Assembly: GCF_006345805.1 (NCBI RefSeq)
Contig: NC_043000.1
Coordinates: 54,498,001-54,562,000 of the forward strand
Source: Octopus sinensis
Taxonomy: Eukaryota
Direction: 5' to 3'
DNA: 64,000 nt
Numbering within the stretch: the stretch's first letter is position 1; each line of letters opens with the position of its first letter. A program made the translations under genes and the position numbers. Of the stretch, positions 44,563-57,150 are shown piece after piece. Under the pieces are notes generated by a model. It was not told the origin of the DNA, did not search any database, and saw only the letters and a list, made by a program, of their open reading frames with translations.

Positions 44563-45597
44563 ATATACATACACACACACGTGTGTGTCTGCGTGTGTGT
44601 GTTTGAGTGTGTATTGTAATGTAAACTTAGTTGAGTCCTTAAAAGGAGCTTTCTGTGATGGTCACTCAATCCTCCGAATCCTATGAAATTGTATGTATTT
44701 ATATAACTATACATATAAAAACAACTTTAAAATACAAAGATAAATGATGATTGGTAGTAAGAGTAGAGATACTGAGGTGTGGGTATTAAGGGTTTAGCTT
44801 ACTGCATATACGTGATATGACAATGTGAATATTAAAATCAGAGCTCCTTGGTGCGGGAGATATTCGACAGGGCATGAGAGAATATGATTAACGAGAATTG
44901 CTTAGGGAGGTAGTAGAATGTATAATGCTTTAAGGGTGATAAGGATGGAAATATTTCCATGAAATTCACATTTATTACAACGTTAGTGTATATATCGGTA
45001 TACCTTGGATAGTCTCTTGTTTGGTGAGGCTTCTTCAGTAACGAATTTACAGAGACTCCTGGAGCAGAAACTCAAAACAGAGAAATGAAATCAATGCTCA
45101 AGAATCAATAGCTTGTGAATATATATGAAAATACCTGCCTGTAATGAAGTTAACTTTAATAATCCTAACTGGGAATGTGGTAGTAACACATCAATTGCCA
45201 ATATCAAGCTGGGAATAACATTTCAAAATATGCACAAACAGTCATAGCAACCTATCACCAAGCTTGTTACACTTTCATATTTTAAAGCTTATACGGGATT
45301 AACTGCATCTCCATCAAAGACACTAGTTTCGAACAGTATTTGGGGATTTACGGAGCAGATTGCTTACATAGTTACACTATTTCGTCCGCAGAGATGATGA
45401 CACTTCTGCTACTATAAACAAACATTTTAATGCTATGAAATAATTGTAACGTCATATTCCATTCACTTCCTAGCTAATCATGTGATCAACAAGTAATTGA
45501 AGTGCCGGATTAGATACTGCACTCTCCAGAGAGTTAAATACCATGAACTTATAAAGTGATGGTTTAAAAGGCTTGTAATACCATGATGTAAGAAAAT

Positions 45598-45819
45598 ATG
45601 AGAGGGGTGCCGAAAAGTTCATGGCTTTGGTTAAAAGAAAATGCAAGAAGATCGGATGATTATGATTTTATTCAACATATTCCTCGTTCAAATTCACACA
45701 CTTATTGCAGCAATCCTGAAAGATTTTTAAAGTCCTGTAAAAGAACTCGGAAGTTTAGGCCTCCAGTTAGACCATTCGCGACGCCTTTACAACCATGGAC
45801 ATTTCAGCACCACATAGTA
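45598..45819. mobile_element. Mariner-derived MITE
   Basis: Degenerate TIRs GAGGGGTGCCGAAAAGTTCATGG / CCATGGACATTTCAGCACCACATAGTA. Confidence 0.65.
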
Positions 45820-46277
45820 TGTACACCATAAATATTATATTGACAGACATCTCTACAATTTGAATACTACTCTCGGACTATTTTTACCAATGAGAAATTA
45901 TACAAGATCAAGATGACTGGTGGTTTTATATTAGTTAAATTCAAGACTTTATAGCCAAAGGAGTTTTTTGTTTTCCATAAAACAGGCGGATGTACTGAGT
46001 AGTCAGTTCCTTTCACTTAGTTGTATTATTGTGTGCTCGGTCACGATTATTTCTGTCCTCCTATATTAAGATCATATGTATCGTTTTGACTGTTCTTGTC
46101 CCAACAATTTTCACTGTGGATTAGCTTTTAATGCTATGAGAGCACACGCAAGCAGTCTTTGTAAGACTAGTACTTATTCTATCGGTTTCTTTTGCCGAAC
46201 CGTTAAGTTACGGGGACGTAAATACACCAACGTCGGTTGTCAAGCTATGGTGGGGGACAAACACAGATACACAGACA

Positions 46278-46306
<29 letters not shown>

Positions 46307-46314
<8 letters not shown>

Positions 46315-46462
46315 AAAGGGCTTAGTAAAATAAATTACTTTGCCGCATACTTATTTTACTAAGCCCTTTTATATAATGTAATAATTTGAATTTGCCTAAA
46401 TGGTCCCTTTGCATACTGAATACTTGGTGAAATTGATTAATTAATTAATTAATTTTACCCTC
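46307..46462 (-). mobile_element. Family G fragment with a short fold-back (27-bp arms)
   Basis: ATTATATAAAAGGGCTTAGTAAAATAA, a 17-nt spacer, then its reverse complement. The terminus GGGTAAAATTAATTAATT is shared with about 19611 and 49799. Confidence 0.7.
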
Positions 46463-46597
46463 AATTGTTGAAATTATATATATATATATATAATATATAA
46501 TATATATAAAATATTATTCGAGACAAAACCACTATTTTGCAAAACAACAAGGAAAGACTTAATCAATACATAAATTTTAATAAATAGTCAAAAAACG

Positions 46598-46638
46598 CCA
46601 CTACAATCGTTTCTTGCTTGATCGACATCTTCAGGTGG
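46598..46638 (-). ncRNA. Type I hammerhead motif (left arm; core intact, helix II weakened)
   Basis: CCAC-CUGAAGA-UGUCGAUCAAGCAA-GAAAC-GAUU-GUA-GUGG. Confidence 0.65.
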
Positions 46639-46899
46639 ACTTCCAATAATTCAGTGTCAAATATCCTGTAAAAGAACTCGGAAGTTTAGGCCTCCAGTTA
46701 GACCATTCGCGACGCCTTTACAACCATGGACATTTCAGCACCACATAGTATGTACACCATAAATATTATATTGACAGACATCTCTACAATTTGAATACTA
46801 CTCTCGGACTATTTTTACCAATGAGAAATTATACAAGATCAAGATGACTGGTGGTTTTATATTAGTAAATTCAAGACTTTGACACTGAATTATTGAAGT

Positions 46900-46942
46900 C
46901 CACCTGAAGATTGTCGATCAAGACAAGAAACGATTGTAGTGG
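46900..46942 (+). ncRNA. Intact type I hammerhead ribozyme (right arm)
   Basis: CCAC-CUGAAGA-UUGUC-GAUCAA-GACAA-GAAAC-GAUU-GUA-GUGG. Helices I and II are perfect, the core is complete and the site is GUA. Confidence 0.85.
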
Positions 46943-48334
46943 CGGTTTTTTTGACTATTATTAAAATTTTATGTATTGATTAGTGCTTTCCTTGTTGTTT
47001 TGCAAAATAGTGGTTTTGACTCGAATAATATTTTATAATATTTTACTATAAAATCGATTTAATCCTAAATCTGATTTTTCCCTGTAAATTTGGATTTATT
47101 CCCTAATATTTATTATTATATATATATATATATATATATAATATATTATATATATATTATGACGGACTTCTTTCAGTTTCCGTCTACCAAATCCACTCAC
47201 AAGGCTTTGGGCGGACCGAGATTATAGTAGAAGACACTTGCACAAGGCGCCACGTAGTGGGACTGAACCCAGAACTATATGGTTGGTGAACAAGCATCTT
47301 ACCACACAGCCACTTCCGCGCCTATACACACACAGACACACAGACACACACACACACACCTATATATATATATATTTATATACATATATGCATATAAAAA
47401 GGTACACACACAAGAACGCATGCAAAGCTTCGATGCTCAGTGTTAAGTTGGTTCTATTTCAGAAAAAAGATGATAATCTATCCTATACAGTATCTTTTAA
47501 AGAACTAAACGACCAAATATTCAAATTTCCTCTATATTTTAATTCCTCTTTCTATTTGGTAAAATCAACGTTTCAAGGAAATTCTAATCTGTGATATTAC
47601 ATGAATAGACAGTGATAATACGCTTCCTTCCGATATGTGATTACGAATATTGCAGTTTTTTTAATCTTTTCAACGGCATTGGATACATGGAATTAATTTT
47701 TCCAACTCACATGTCATTATCATCATCTGTGTTTTTCCTATATTTTCATGCCAATACAAAACCATGTAAAAGACTGATGATAACGTCGTTCTCTGTTAGT
47801 TAGTATGGTTTACCGAGCATTCAAGCTATCTGATGTTAAATCCAAGCTGAGGAATGTGATATAACTAATCTCAAATGAAATTATTCTAACAAAGACGCGT
47901 GCCTTAAAGCCAATTTTGTCAACTACCTTCGATTCACGTTGAAACCATTTTTAAATGTCTACATAACTTCTGATATCGGTACCCATACTTCATATTGGGG
48001 TGTTTGTTCGTTTGGTATCGTATATAGAAGAATGGCTAGTAACTTTTTGAAGGCACCTGCAACCACATTGTGTAGGTTTCTTGACTATTTTAGCAGAGAA
48101 CGGACGGAATGTGGGCCTTTAAAACCTAAGCTATTGCAATACCTTGTCCTCACCTTAGGTGGGGTGAACAAAATTTAGAAAAACTCAAAATTTGCAGGCG
48201 TTTCTATGTTATTAGAAAACTTTTTGGGCCTCTGACCACTGCACTATTACAAATATTTTAGTATAATGACATCGGGTTGTTTCATGCTCTGCTGTTAGTT
48301 TGATTCTATGTTGCGACTACAGCTGAGAGCAGTA

Positions 48335-48790
48335 GTTCGGGCATGTGAGAAAAAATGTCGTCTATAAGTCAACATGACTTCTTGGTCTCTTAGCATCCAT
48401 CTTGCTAAATGTCTGCTGTTTGTTGCCATCTTATTAATGTGTATATGATATGATGGATCACTATACATAGGGATCGCCAATTCTCTCGCTGTCTAAGACT
48501 CGAGTATTGCAGCGCCTTCAAGTGCACTATATTCAGGCTGTGGTGCATTGAACAACATGCTATTTTGTTAAGCCCACTTGTATTTTGCACTTAGTTCCTC
48601 CTGCAAACTTAGGGCATCATTAAGGTTCTCTACTGCCTCATCATTCGTTTAAATAGTGACAGTCGCTGTCTGAGAGAGCTTCTATAAACAGTAACAACCC
48701 CAAGATAGTACCCTGCAAGTTGCCACTCAGAACACAGAATTACTGTGTCCTTAAACAAGCCAACATCGGCTGCAACTTCCTCGCGTCATT
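48335..48790 (-). mobile_element. CR1(-Zenon)-like RT relic
   Basis: SGNLQGTILGLLLFIEALSD and DALSLQEELSAKYKWA*QNSMLFN resemble SGVPQGTVLGPLLF and LQ.DL..IY.WA..N.M.FN. Confidence 0.75.
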
Positions 48791-49539
48791 CTTGCAGGAA
48801 ATCATATCGTCACTCTGTAACTTTTCTTTTCTACTTCTTTTCATAGCCGTTCTTCAAATCCCTATCCTTATACACGTATATGGATAAAATTTTATCTTAA
48901 TCCATTTATGTGAGAGTCTTCTGTCCTTCAAACCTCTGACGTCGTTTCCTACATACGTTTATGCTTTCTTCTTGGGTAATTATTTGCTGTGAACATATTT
49001 AAATGTAAACGCTTAACCAAATCAAATTGCACTTCACTTCTGAAGCTCCGCTGAAGCTATAGGTTGATACACTAGCATTCGACTACGAGTGCGTTGCATC
49101 TCATAGTGGAAACAGCTGTGAGGTAACGAATTTCATCATGTCAAGCGACATTTCCATATGCTGAGTATCCCGTCATCGGAGACAGATAGGTTAAAATTAT
49201 GTAACGGCGGGAGAAATTTCCTCATCAGTGATAGTTGTCATAGTGAATAATGTTTAGAAAGGGAGGAGAAATTCAATTAAATCCAGTTAGATAGGATATT
49301 TCTGAGATCAATCCATGACCAAAAAGAATGACAAGGGAAAAAAAGGATGCTAGTAGTTCCAAAGAACTTTGGGGCATATGGAATCATCGCTCGACACGAT
49401 GTTCTAATAGATGGGATATCTTAGAAACTGTTTAATATTTAGCTAAAACTGAAATGTCTTTGTCACGTCTTGCCAAATTGTTTGTTTTCCTTTCTACTTT
49501 AATGTTTATATATATATATATACATATATGTGTATGTAT

Positions 49540-49730
49540 ATGTGTGTGTGTCGTGCTGCTTGACAACTTGCGTAGGTATGTTTACTTTCCCGGCAAAAAG
49601 AGCCGACAGAATAAAAACCAGGCTTAAGAAAATTTTAAACGCACTCAGGTCGATTCATTTTACCAAAAACCTTGAAGGCCGTGCCCCAGTAAAGCCGCAG
49701 TCTAATGACTGGAACTATTAAAATTACAAA
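49540..49730 (+). mobile_element. 3' half of a SINE (same family as 46160-46277)
   Basis: GCTTGACAAC...CGGCAAAAAGAGCCGACAGAATAA...GGCCGTGCCCCAG..GCCGCAGTCTAATGACTGGAAC. Confidence 0.65.
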
Positions 49731-49733
49731 AGA

Positions 49734-49794
<61 letters not shown>

Positions 49795-49799
<5 letters not shown>

Positions 49800-50073
49800 G
49801 GTGAAATTAATTAATTTGGAATAATCATTAATTTCACCAAGTAGATTTCGGCATGTAAAAGCCCCATACAAGGAAGGTTTAAGTAATACTGAGTAATTAA
49901 GGGTTTAGCAACGATTTGCCTCACCACACACCGAATTTAGAAATAGCAGTCAAAGAGTTATGGCCATTCTTACTACTTTTAAGTAGAAAGAATAGCCATA
50001 ACTCTTTGACTGCTATTTCTAAATTCGGTGTGTGGTGAGGCAAATCGTTGCTAAACCCTTAATTACTCAGTAT
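49795..50073. mobile_element. Family G copy ending in a near-perfect palindrome
   Basis: Arms 49886-49978 and 49981-50073 with a 2-nt spacer, and (TA)n on both sides. Confidence 0.85.
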
Positions 50074-50529
50074 ATATATATATATATATATATATAGTTG
50101 TTCACATACGTATGTCTTGTGAATACTATTGTTTTGTATAGTCTTCACTTTACCACTCTAAATGTCAATCAGGATTTATGTTTTAAATAACGACAATATT
50201 GTTATCAAATAATAACATAATCTTATTTCTTGTGATACCAGCAGTGTTCGTTATGAAATTTAATCTTTTTCTACATATTCATTGTGTGCTAGACTCCATG
50301 CTGTGTGTTTTTTAATCGTCTGAGGAGCTCCAAGGAATTATTTTTGAAGCTCCAACTTGTAAAAAATATTTTGTCTTTCTGATTTTGATAGTGCTGACCG
50401 TGATTTTTTGTGCGTGTTTTGATATTTATATATACACACTTTCTCACGCACATACACTAAAATATACATACATGTATACATATGCACACACAGACACACA
50501 CACACACACACACACACATCTTCCAGCAG

Positions 50530-50590
<61 letters not shown>

Positions 50591-50601
50591 CATATATATG
50601 C

Positions 50602-50651
<50 letters not shown>

Positions 50652-50676
50652 CTGTGTCTGTCTGTATATATAATAT

Positions 50677-50715
<39 letters not shown>

Positions 50716-51222
50716 GGTATATTTTAACACGTTCAGTGTTAAGAATACTTAATGCTTGAAACAGTAAATCTATATTTTTATTATTAGTGAAACAATTTTC
50801 AAGATAAACAAAAGAGACAAACGAAGAAGGTCGTGGGTGAAGATGTCAAGTAATTTTGAACACTACACAGTTTGACTTATTGTAAGTACAAATTATTGCG
50901 TATTTGAAAAAAATATGTAAGCAAAAACATAAACGCATTAGTACAGACGAATCGCAAGACAAAATAATATACCGCCCAAAGAGCTTATGCCCTTATCAGC
51001 AGTATTTCGCATCGACAACAAGCTGTTATATTTACATTTGATATTTTATGTGATGGTTATAACTCTCTGTTTTTTTTCCGTGACAATATTATAAGAAAAT
51101 ATATTGAGTTCTTAACATATATTTTTGTAGACATATTTTGAGCTTGATGCTTATAAGAAGTTCAAGAATAGATAATTTATTTAATTAACAATACTTTCGC
51201 GTATAGTATAGCTTAGTATGTG

Positions 51223-51605
51223 GAGGCGCGTAGCTTAGTTGTTAGGGCGTCAGCAGCATGATCGTAAGATTGTGGTTTCCAATCCTGGACCGGGCGACGC
51301 GTTGTGTTCTTGAGCAAAACACTTCATTTCACGTTGCTCCAGTCCACTCAGCCGGCAAAATTGAGTAACGCTTCGATGGACTGGCGTCCCATCCAGCTGG
51401 GGAACACAGATGTCACGGAAACCAGGAAACCGGACCCAAGAAATGCTTAGTGGTATTTCGTCTATCTTTACTTTCTGAGTTCAAATTCTGCCGAGGTCGA
51501 CTTTGCTTTTCATCGTTTCGGGGTCGATACATTAAGTACCAGTTGCTTACTGGGGTTCATTTAATCGACTGCCCACCATCCCCCGCCAAAAAATTCAGAC
51601 CAAAA
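51223..51605 (+). mobile_element. Composite of two tRNA-derived SINEs
   Basis: A box TAGCTTAGT(T/G)G, B-box-like GGTTTCCAATCC and CORE-like GTGTTCTTGAGCAAAACACTT, joined to a 5'-truncated Nin/Deu-core SINE (GCTTTTCATCGTTTCGGGGTCGATA). Confidence 0.8.
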
Positions 51606-51694
51606 CAGAGAAATTGTAACTTATATATATATGTAATATATATACATATATATACACACACACACACACACAACACACACACACACCTTCCAAC

Positions 51695-51731
<37 letters not shown>

Positions 51732-51753
51732 TATACATTTATATACATATATA

Positions 51754-51815
<62 letters not shown>

Positions 51816-51834
51816 GTGTGTGTGTCTGTGTCTG

Positions 51835-51910
<76 letters not shown>

Positions 51911-52414
51911 TATATTTTAACACGTTCAGTGTTAAGAATACTTAATGCTTGAAACAGTAAATCTATATTTTTTATTATTAGTGAAACAATTTTCAAGATA
52001 AACAAAAGAGACAAACGAAGAAGGTCGTGGGTGAAGATGTCAAGTAATTTTGAACACTACACAGTTTGACTTATTGTAAGTACAAATTATTGCGTATTTG
52101 AAAAAAATATGTAAGCAAAAACATTAAACGCATTAGTACAGACGAATCGCAAGACAAAATAATATACCGCCCAAAGAGCTTATGCCCTTATCAGCAGTAT
52201 TTCGCATCGACAACAAGCTGTTATATTTACATTTGATATTTTATGTGATGGTTATAACTCTCTGTTTTTTCCGTGACAATATTATAAGAAAATATATTGA
52301 GTTCTTAACATATATTTTTGTAGACATATTTTGAGCTTGATGCTTATAAGAAGTTCAAGAATAGATAATTTATTTAATTAACAATACTTTCGCGTATAGT
52401 ATAGCTTAGTATGT

Positions 52415-52800
52415 GGAGGCGCGTAGCTTAGTGGTTAGGGCGTCAGCAGCATGATCGTAAGATTGTGGTTTCCAATCCTGGACCGGGCGACGCGTTGTGT
52501 TCTTGAGCAAAACACTTCATTTCACGTTGCTCCAGTCCACTCAGCCGGCAAAATTGAGTAACGCTTCGATGGACTGGCGTCCCATCCAGCTGGGGAACAC
52601 AGATGTCACGGAAACCAGGAAACCGGACCCAAGAAATGCTTAGTGGTATTTCGTCTATCTTTACTTTCTGAGTTCAAATTCTGCCGAGGTCGACTTTGCT
52701 TTTCATCGTTTCGGGGTCGATACATTAAGTACCAGTTGCTTACTGGGGTTCATTTAATCGACTGCCCACCATCCCCCGCCAAAAAATTCAGACCAAAACA
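52415..52800 (+). mobile_element. Duplicate of the composite SINE at 51223-51605
   Basis: Part of the tandem duplication. Confidence 0.8.
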
Positions 52801-52839
52801 GAGAAATTGTAACTTATATATATATGTAATATATATATA

Positions 52840-52919
<80 letters not shown>

Positions 52920-53268
52920 TAATATAAGTACGCATTATGTATATACTGGCTCAATTTTACGTAATGGGAATCAGTTTCATCTTGATTTTGAGATATTTAA
53001 TATATTTACTTATTGTAAGTATTATTCTTGTCTAAATTCATATGATAACGAAAAGTTAAGCAAAATGTAGTATCTTCATAGTTGTAAAACAAAGATGCAC
53101 ATACGCAGAAATAGTAAACCATAATAGTATCGTAAGAGAGGAGTGGATAAATATCATTACGCAATATGTCATATAACAGTCATGAATTTCTTGAAAATTT
53201 GTTTTTATACATTGAAGTTTGTAAAGAGTTAAACTATTATTTCCTTGTGTGTACCTAATGTTACATAC

Positions 53269-53614
53269 CAGTCGTTCTCAATCGCAGCCCATATGAACCC
53301 TGGGGTACAACATAAGACTGTTGGAGATCCACGCAAGCAAAAGAATAAATGGGGGGGGGTCCACAGTGTTATTTTAAATACCCATAAAAAAAAAACATTT
53401 AGTTTCATGTACATTTATTGCAAGACTCAGTTAGGTTTGTGTCGCTAACGCTTTACAAAGTTCATCTTACACAAGTTAATATGTGAAAACTAAAATAAGA
53501 CGTTTAAAAGAAGTTTCCATTAAGCTTGTGTTTAAACATCGAATAGGTACCGGATCCACCAGAGTAAAATAGTAATTTTAGGTGCTCAAGGGCAAAAATA
53601 GTTGATAAGCACTG
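53269..53614. mobile_element. hAT-type MITE
   Basis: TIRs CAGTCGTTCTCAA / TTGATAAGCACTG and an 8-bp TSD TTACATAC / TTATATCC (6 of 8 match). Confidence 0.75.
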
Positions 53615-54150
53615 TTATATCCCTATCAATATATCTAAGTACCTTTTGGATCGTAATGTGTTAAATTCTGAGCAAATTACGCACAAGGGCTGCTCCATTC
53701 TCAATGAATATAGTTGCTAAAATTATATTGTCGTTATGAATTAGTAGAAATTAGTTTCATTTAAAATATGGCATGTAATTACAGAGATTTCATGCCGTCC
53801 TTATAAAGATTAACGAGTTACTGATAATTGTGAAGTCCACTGCCGCCTAAAATCTTCTAAAGTGCTAAATTTGTATTAGTTGTGTATTTAATTTAATTGC
53901 AATATATGCTGAGTGCAATTGGGAGTGAAGTATCTCTAATGATTCATATATGAGAAATGAGCTAAAATTTCTGTGACTATCTGGGCTGCTAAAACATTTT
54001 TGTTATTCATTTTTATGTCGAGTAGAAAACAGTATATTAAACCAATGCAGGTCTTAAAATATATTTCTGTTCATATCGATCGATGAAGTATTACTTAAAA
54101 TAGTATTATTTTAAGCAAATATTGTATTCGCATTCATAATGAGCATAATG

Positions 54151-54520
54151 ACTTGCTTAATATGAAACATTATTCATCATGTTAGTTCACGAGCAGAACT
54201 ATTTATTCACGAGCAAACAACTATGTTAGTTTATCCATCTGCATAATTTGTATATCCAATGGGCTAATATCTACTTCCGGTTTCGAAAATAAGTTAATTT
54301 TGCATTTTCGGGTTTTTCTACTGGAGTTAAAATAATCACTTGCTTAATATAAAGCATTATTCCTCTAATTATTTCACGAATAGAAATATTTATTCAAAAT
54401 CAAACAACTACGTTAGTTTATCCTTCTGTATATCATGGATATCCAATGGAGCAACGTCTGCCTTCTGTTTCGAAGGTTTATTAATTTTATATTTTGTCAT
54501 TTGTTTACTGGAGTTAAATA
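54151..54520 (+). repeat. Diverged two-unit tandem repeat, period 187 bp
   Basis: ACTTGCTTAATAT occurs at 54151 and 54338; the units share CAAACAACTA.GTTAGTTTATCC, ATATCCAATGG and TACTGGAGTTAAA. Confidence 0.8.
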
Positions 54521-55409
54521 TCAACGTTATTGAATGCCATAATGAGAGCCATCTGGTTTCACATTAATTAATCTTAGATAGCTTGCTGGAAATAAAATGT
54601 AATTAGATACATAATATACCCGTTGATGTCCAGACACTAAATGTTAAGATATCTGCTGTAGAAGCAAACTCTATCAATTTTAATAATTATTGTTCGAGAT
54701 AAATATTATTATAAAATAGTATCATACTAGGGTAGACAATCCATTGAGAATTCTGTTTCTCTTTTCTTCAAAAGAAATTGCGTGTTATCAAATATTTACC
54801 CAATGCAAATTTACTAGTTGCTCTTCTTTTATATCATGAGTACCGTTTTCATAGGGCTCTGAATGGTAAATTCGGTTCTCGGGGCTGATGAATCGTACGA
54901 ACGCATGTTGCCTAAGAGCAGAATTATCTTCGCACAGTGTGTTCACAAAGAAAGGCGTTCCCAAGATTCAAGTGTACTGGAACGTATTATTTATCATTGT
55001 ACTTGTATGTATTTTATAGAGCTCTACTTCGCATGATTCTAATTATCTACAACTTGACCACAGATTATACACACCAATAAGTTTATCATATGATGTCCTT
55101 ATGTACCAGATCTGTCGTTCAGATAGTTCTAGGAATACTGAATTCAGTATTGCTGGGTGAAGACGCGTAACAACACAAACACATGGATTCCGTATATAAA
55201 AGAGTGAAGTTAGAACTCGAAGTTGATAAAGCTATAAATAATATTGTGCAGAATATTGAGGGAAATATACATGGTTGTAATAAAGTTGAAGACCGCATTT
55301 ATACATACATACGTACCTACATACACACACGCGCACGCGCACACACACACACACACACACATATATATACATATATATACATACACACACTCGTGTATAT
55401 GCATGTCAC

Positions 55410-55852
55410 TTTCAACCATTTGTCTATATCTTTGCTTACAGTTACCAATGCACCAATTATTATAGGCATAACCTTTACAGTCTGCATATTCAAAATACTT
55501 GCAATTTCAAATTTTAAGGGGTTGTAGGTTTTTCGATTTTCGATTTTGTCTTTTTTCTTTACGATCCTGGAATCAAACGCACATGATGGATCAATTGGAA
55601 TGCAACTACGTTCTTTCTAGTGAATTATTTTTGTGTGATCTATTATTTTCTAACTTCTTATCCGTTTGAATAGGAAAGTCCCACAAAATCTCAAATTTCT
55701 CCGACTCCAGCACTCTTTCGACCCAACGTTCATACCATGTGCTTCCAGTTTCAAATACCCAATTCTGGCAAAGCTTCCAGTGTAAAACTTTTACAACTTA
55801 GTCATTTCTCCATCTTTTATATTTTTCCTGTGACAACCTGGGATGTTCTGCG
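55410..55852 (-). mobile_element. R4/Dong-type RLE endonuclease fragment (distinct subfamily)
   Basis: LSQEKYKRWRND*VVKVLHWKLC..WYE..VLESEKFEILWDFPIQTDKKLENNR..PIIIGAL. Confidence 0.8.
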
Positions 55853-55854
55853 GT

Positions 55855-56652
55855 CGATGGTAGTTCTACTCTAGCATTCTATAGAGGGCTAGTGGAGGCG
55901 ACTACTGCGAAGACGTTCTCGGGGAAAATCTGGGCGCCGATGAAGATCAACTAACCGGTCTGTTCCGAAGAACATTCGGGCCACGGCCTATTAATAACTT
56001 CCAGAAATCCCTTCCCTGGTGGTGCTACCATGGGGCGCTGCCTGTTTGGGATAAAATTTACAGGCACGGAAGTACCGTCAGCCGGGCCTGTCCGAGGTGC
56101 GTCCAGAACGATGAAACCGTTCTGCAGTGCCCGAGCATTGCTGACTTGTGGGTTTATGTCGAACACCTGGTGTCGCGTATGAGATGGATCCGGCAATCAG
56201 GTGAATCCTCTTTTGGCCTTGAGGGGCAAGCAATTTTTATTTGTCTAGTGGCTGTAGCGAAAGAGGTAGTATGGTTGATCCGTTCGAAAGGGCTAAAACA
56301 GACACGTTCCTCTTTGGCCAATCCGTCATAAACTTTTTCAAGTTTCACCTGGAAAGGAAGTTGAGGGTGGAGAGGGAAGTGTTCCCTTGTAGCAAGTTTG
56401 TTGAAAGGTGGGTGAATGTTGGAAGAATGGTCAGTATGAAAGGACCAATTTTGAGTGTGCTCTTGCCCTGTTGTTCATTTGAGGGTTTTTCCACGGTTCT
56501 TAAAATGCCTTTTCTATTGGAAGTTTTAAGTTGTTTACTTATTAATCGTTATTTATATTGTTTACACGTTGTAACCTATTGTATCGTCCTGTTTTTATGT
56601 TGTTGTATGTCTTTTAATGTAATTTTGTATGAGCCCTTGTAACCAATAAAAC
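55855..56652 (+). mobile_element. L1/Tx1-clade LINE 3' end (zf-RVT-like C-terminus plus 3'UTR)
   Basis: AFYRGLVE..FQKSLPWWCYHGALPVWDKIYRHG..CPRCVQNDETVLQCP..LW..VAKEVVW..R; ends in AATAAAA. Confidence 0.82.
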
Positions 56653-56774
56653 AATGAATTATTATTGATTTTGTAGTTGTTGCTGTTATTATCACCAACA
56701 TCATCATCATCATTATCATCATCATCATTATTATTATTTCTAGTAGTAGTAGTAGTAGTGGTAGCGGTTGTTAA

Positions 56775-57150
56775 TAATTGCACCTGGCAACTTCCGATGG
56801 ATTAATTTTCTAACCTGGATTCCGAATGCTAGGCCCGCCAGGAAAGAGGCGGTCAGCTTCTAATAGCCGGCGCCCTGCCTATAGATACTCTCTAGGAAAA
56901 CCGTGCACATCACAAATTTTTGATTTGCGTAGCCGATGACTTTTAATTGTAGACATTTAATGCTACTTCTATCTACTGGATGAGATAATATCCTATCTAG
57001 AGAGGATATTCTTTGATCATGTCTACATTGATGCATTCAGGAAATCCACTTGGTACCTGTCAGTCAGTTGGGAGAGACTAAGCAGGTTTGTGGGGCTTTT
57101 ACACCACCTTCTCTTGTCGATTAGTCCCACCCTATAAAGTCTTAAATAAA
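56775..57150 (-). mobile_element. Probable 5' end fragment of a Dong/R4-type element
   Basis: ATAGGCAGGGCGCCGGCTATTAGAAGCTGACCGCCT resembles ATACAGGAAGCGCGCCCGTTAGGAAGCTGCCAGCCT at the 5' end of the element at about 23415-23450. Confidence 0.5.

Larger units (their letters stand above)
46505..47115. mobile_element. Family E: inverted hammerhead-bearing arms flanking a captured genomic segment
   Basis: Arms 46505-46661 and 46878-47037 are reverse complements, and the spacer 46664-46880 duplicates 45733-45950. Confidence 0.85.
46160..47322 (-). mobile_element. tRNA-derived SINE split in its internal (TA)n by nested insertions
   Basis: The head at 47160-47322 (A box GGCTGTGTGG, B box GGTTCAGTCC) and the 3' half at 46160-46277 (CTTGACAACCGAC..CGTCCCCGTAACTTAACGGTTCGGCAAAAG) have the same orientation. 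Confidence 0.8.
50495..52915 (+). repeat. About 1.19-kb near-identical tandem duplication bounded by (CA)/(TA)n
   Basis: GGTATATTTTAACACG occurs at 50716 and 51909 (period 1193), with only a few differences outside the microsatellites. Confidence 0.92.

Noticed and set aside
44750-45560. Possible further LINE relic
   Set aside because: Only vague RT-like fragments were seen, with no motif I could support.
51223-51296. tRNA-like sequence with A and B boxes
   Set aside because: It is a SINE head continuous with the SINE core, and no complete cloverleaf forms.
54877-54918. GGGG-CTGATGA-ATCGTAC-GAAC-GCAT-GTT-GCCT hammerhead-like string
   Set aside because: There is no helix II, GAAA lacks an A and helix I is mismatched; at best a dead relic.
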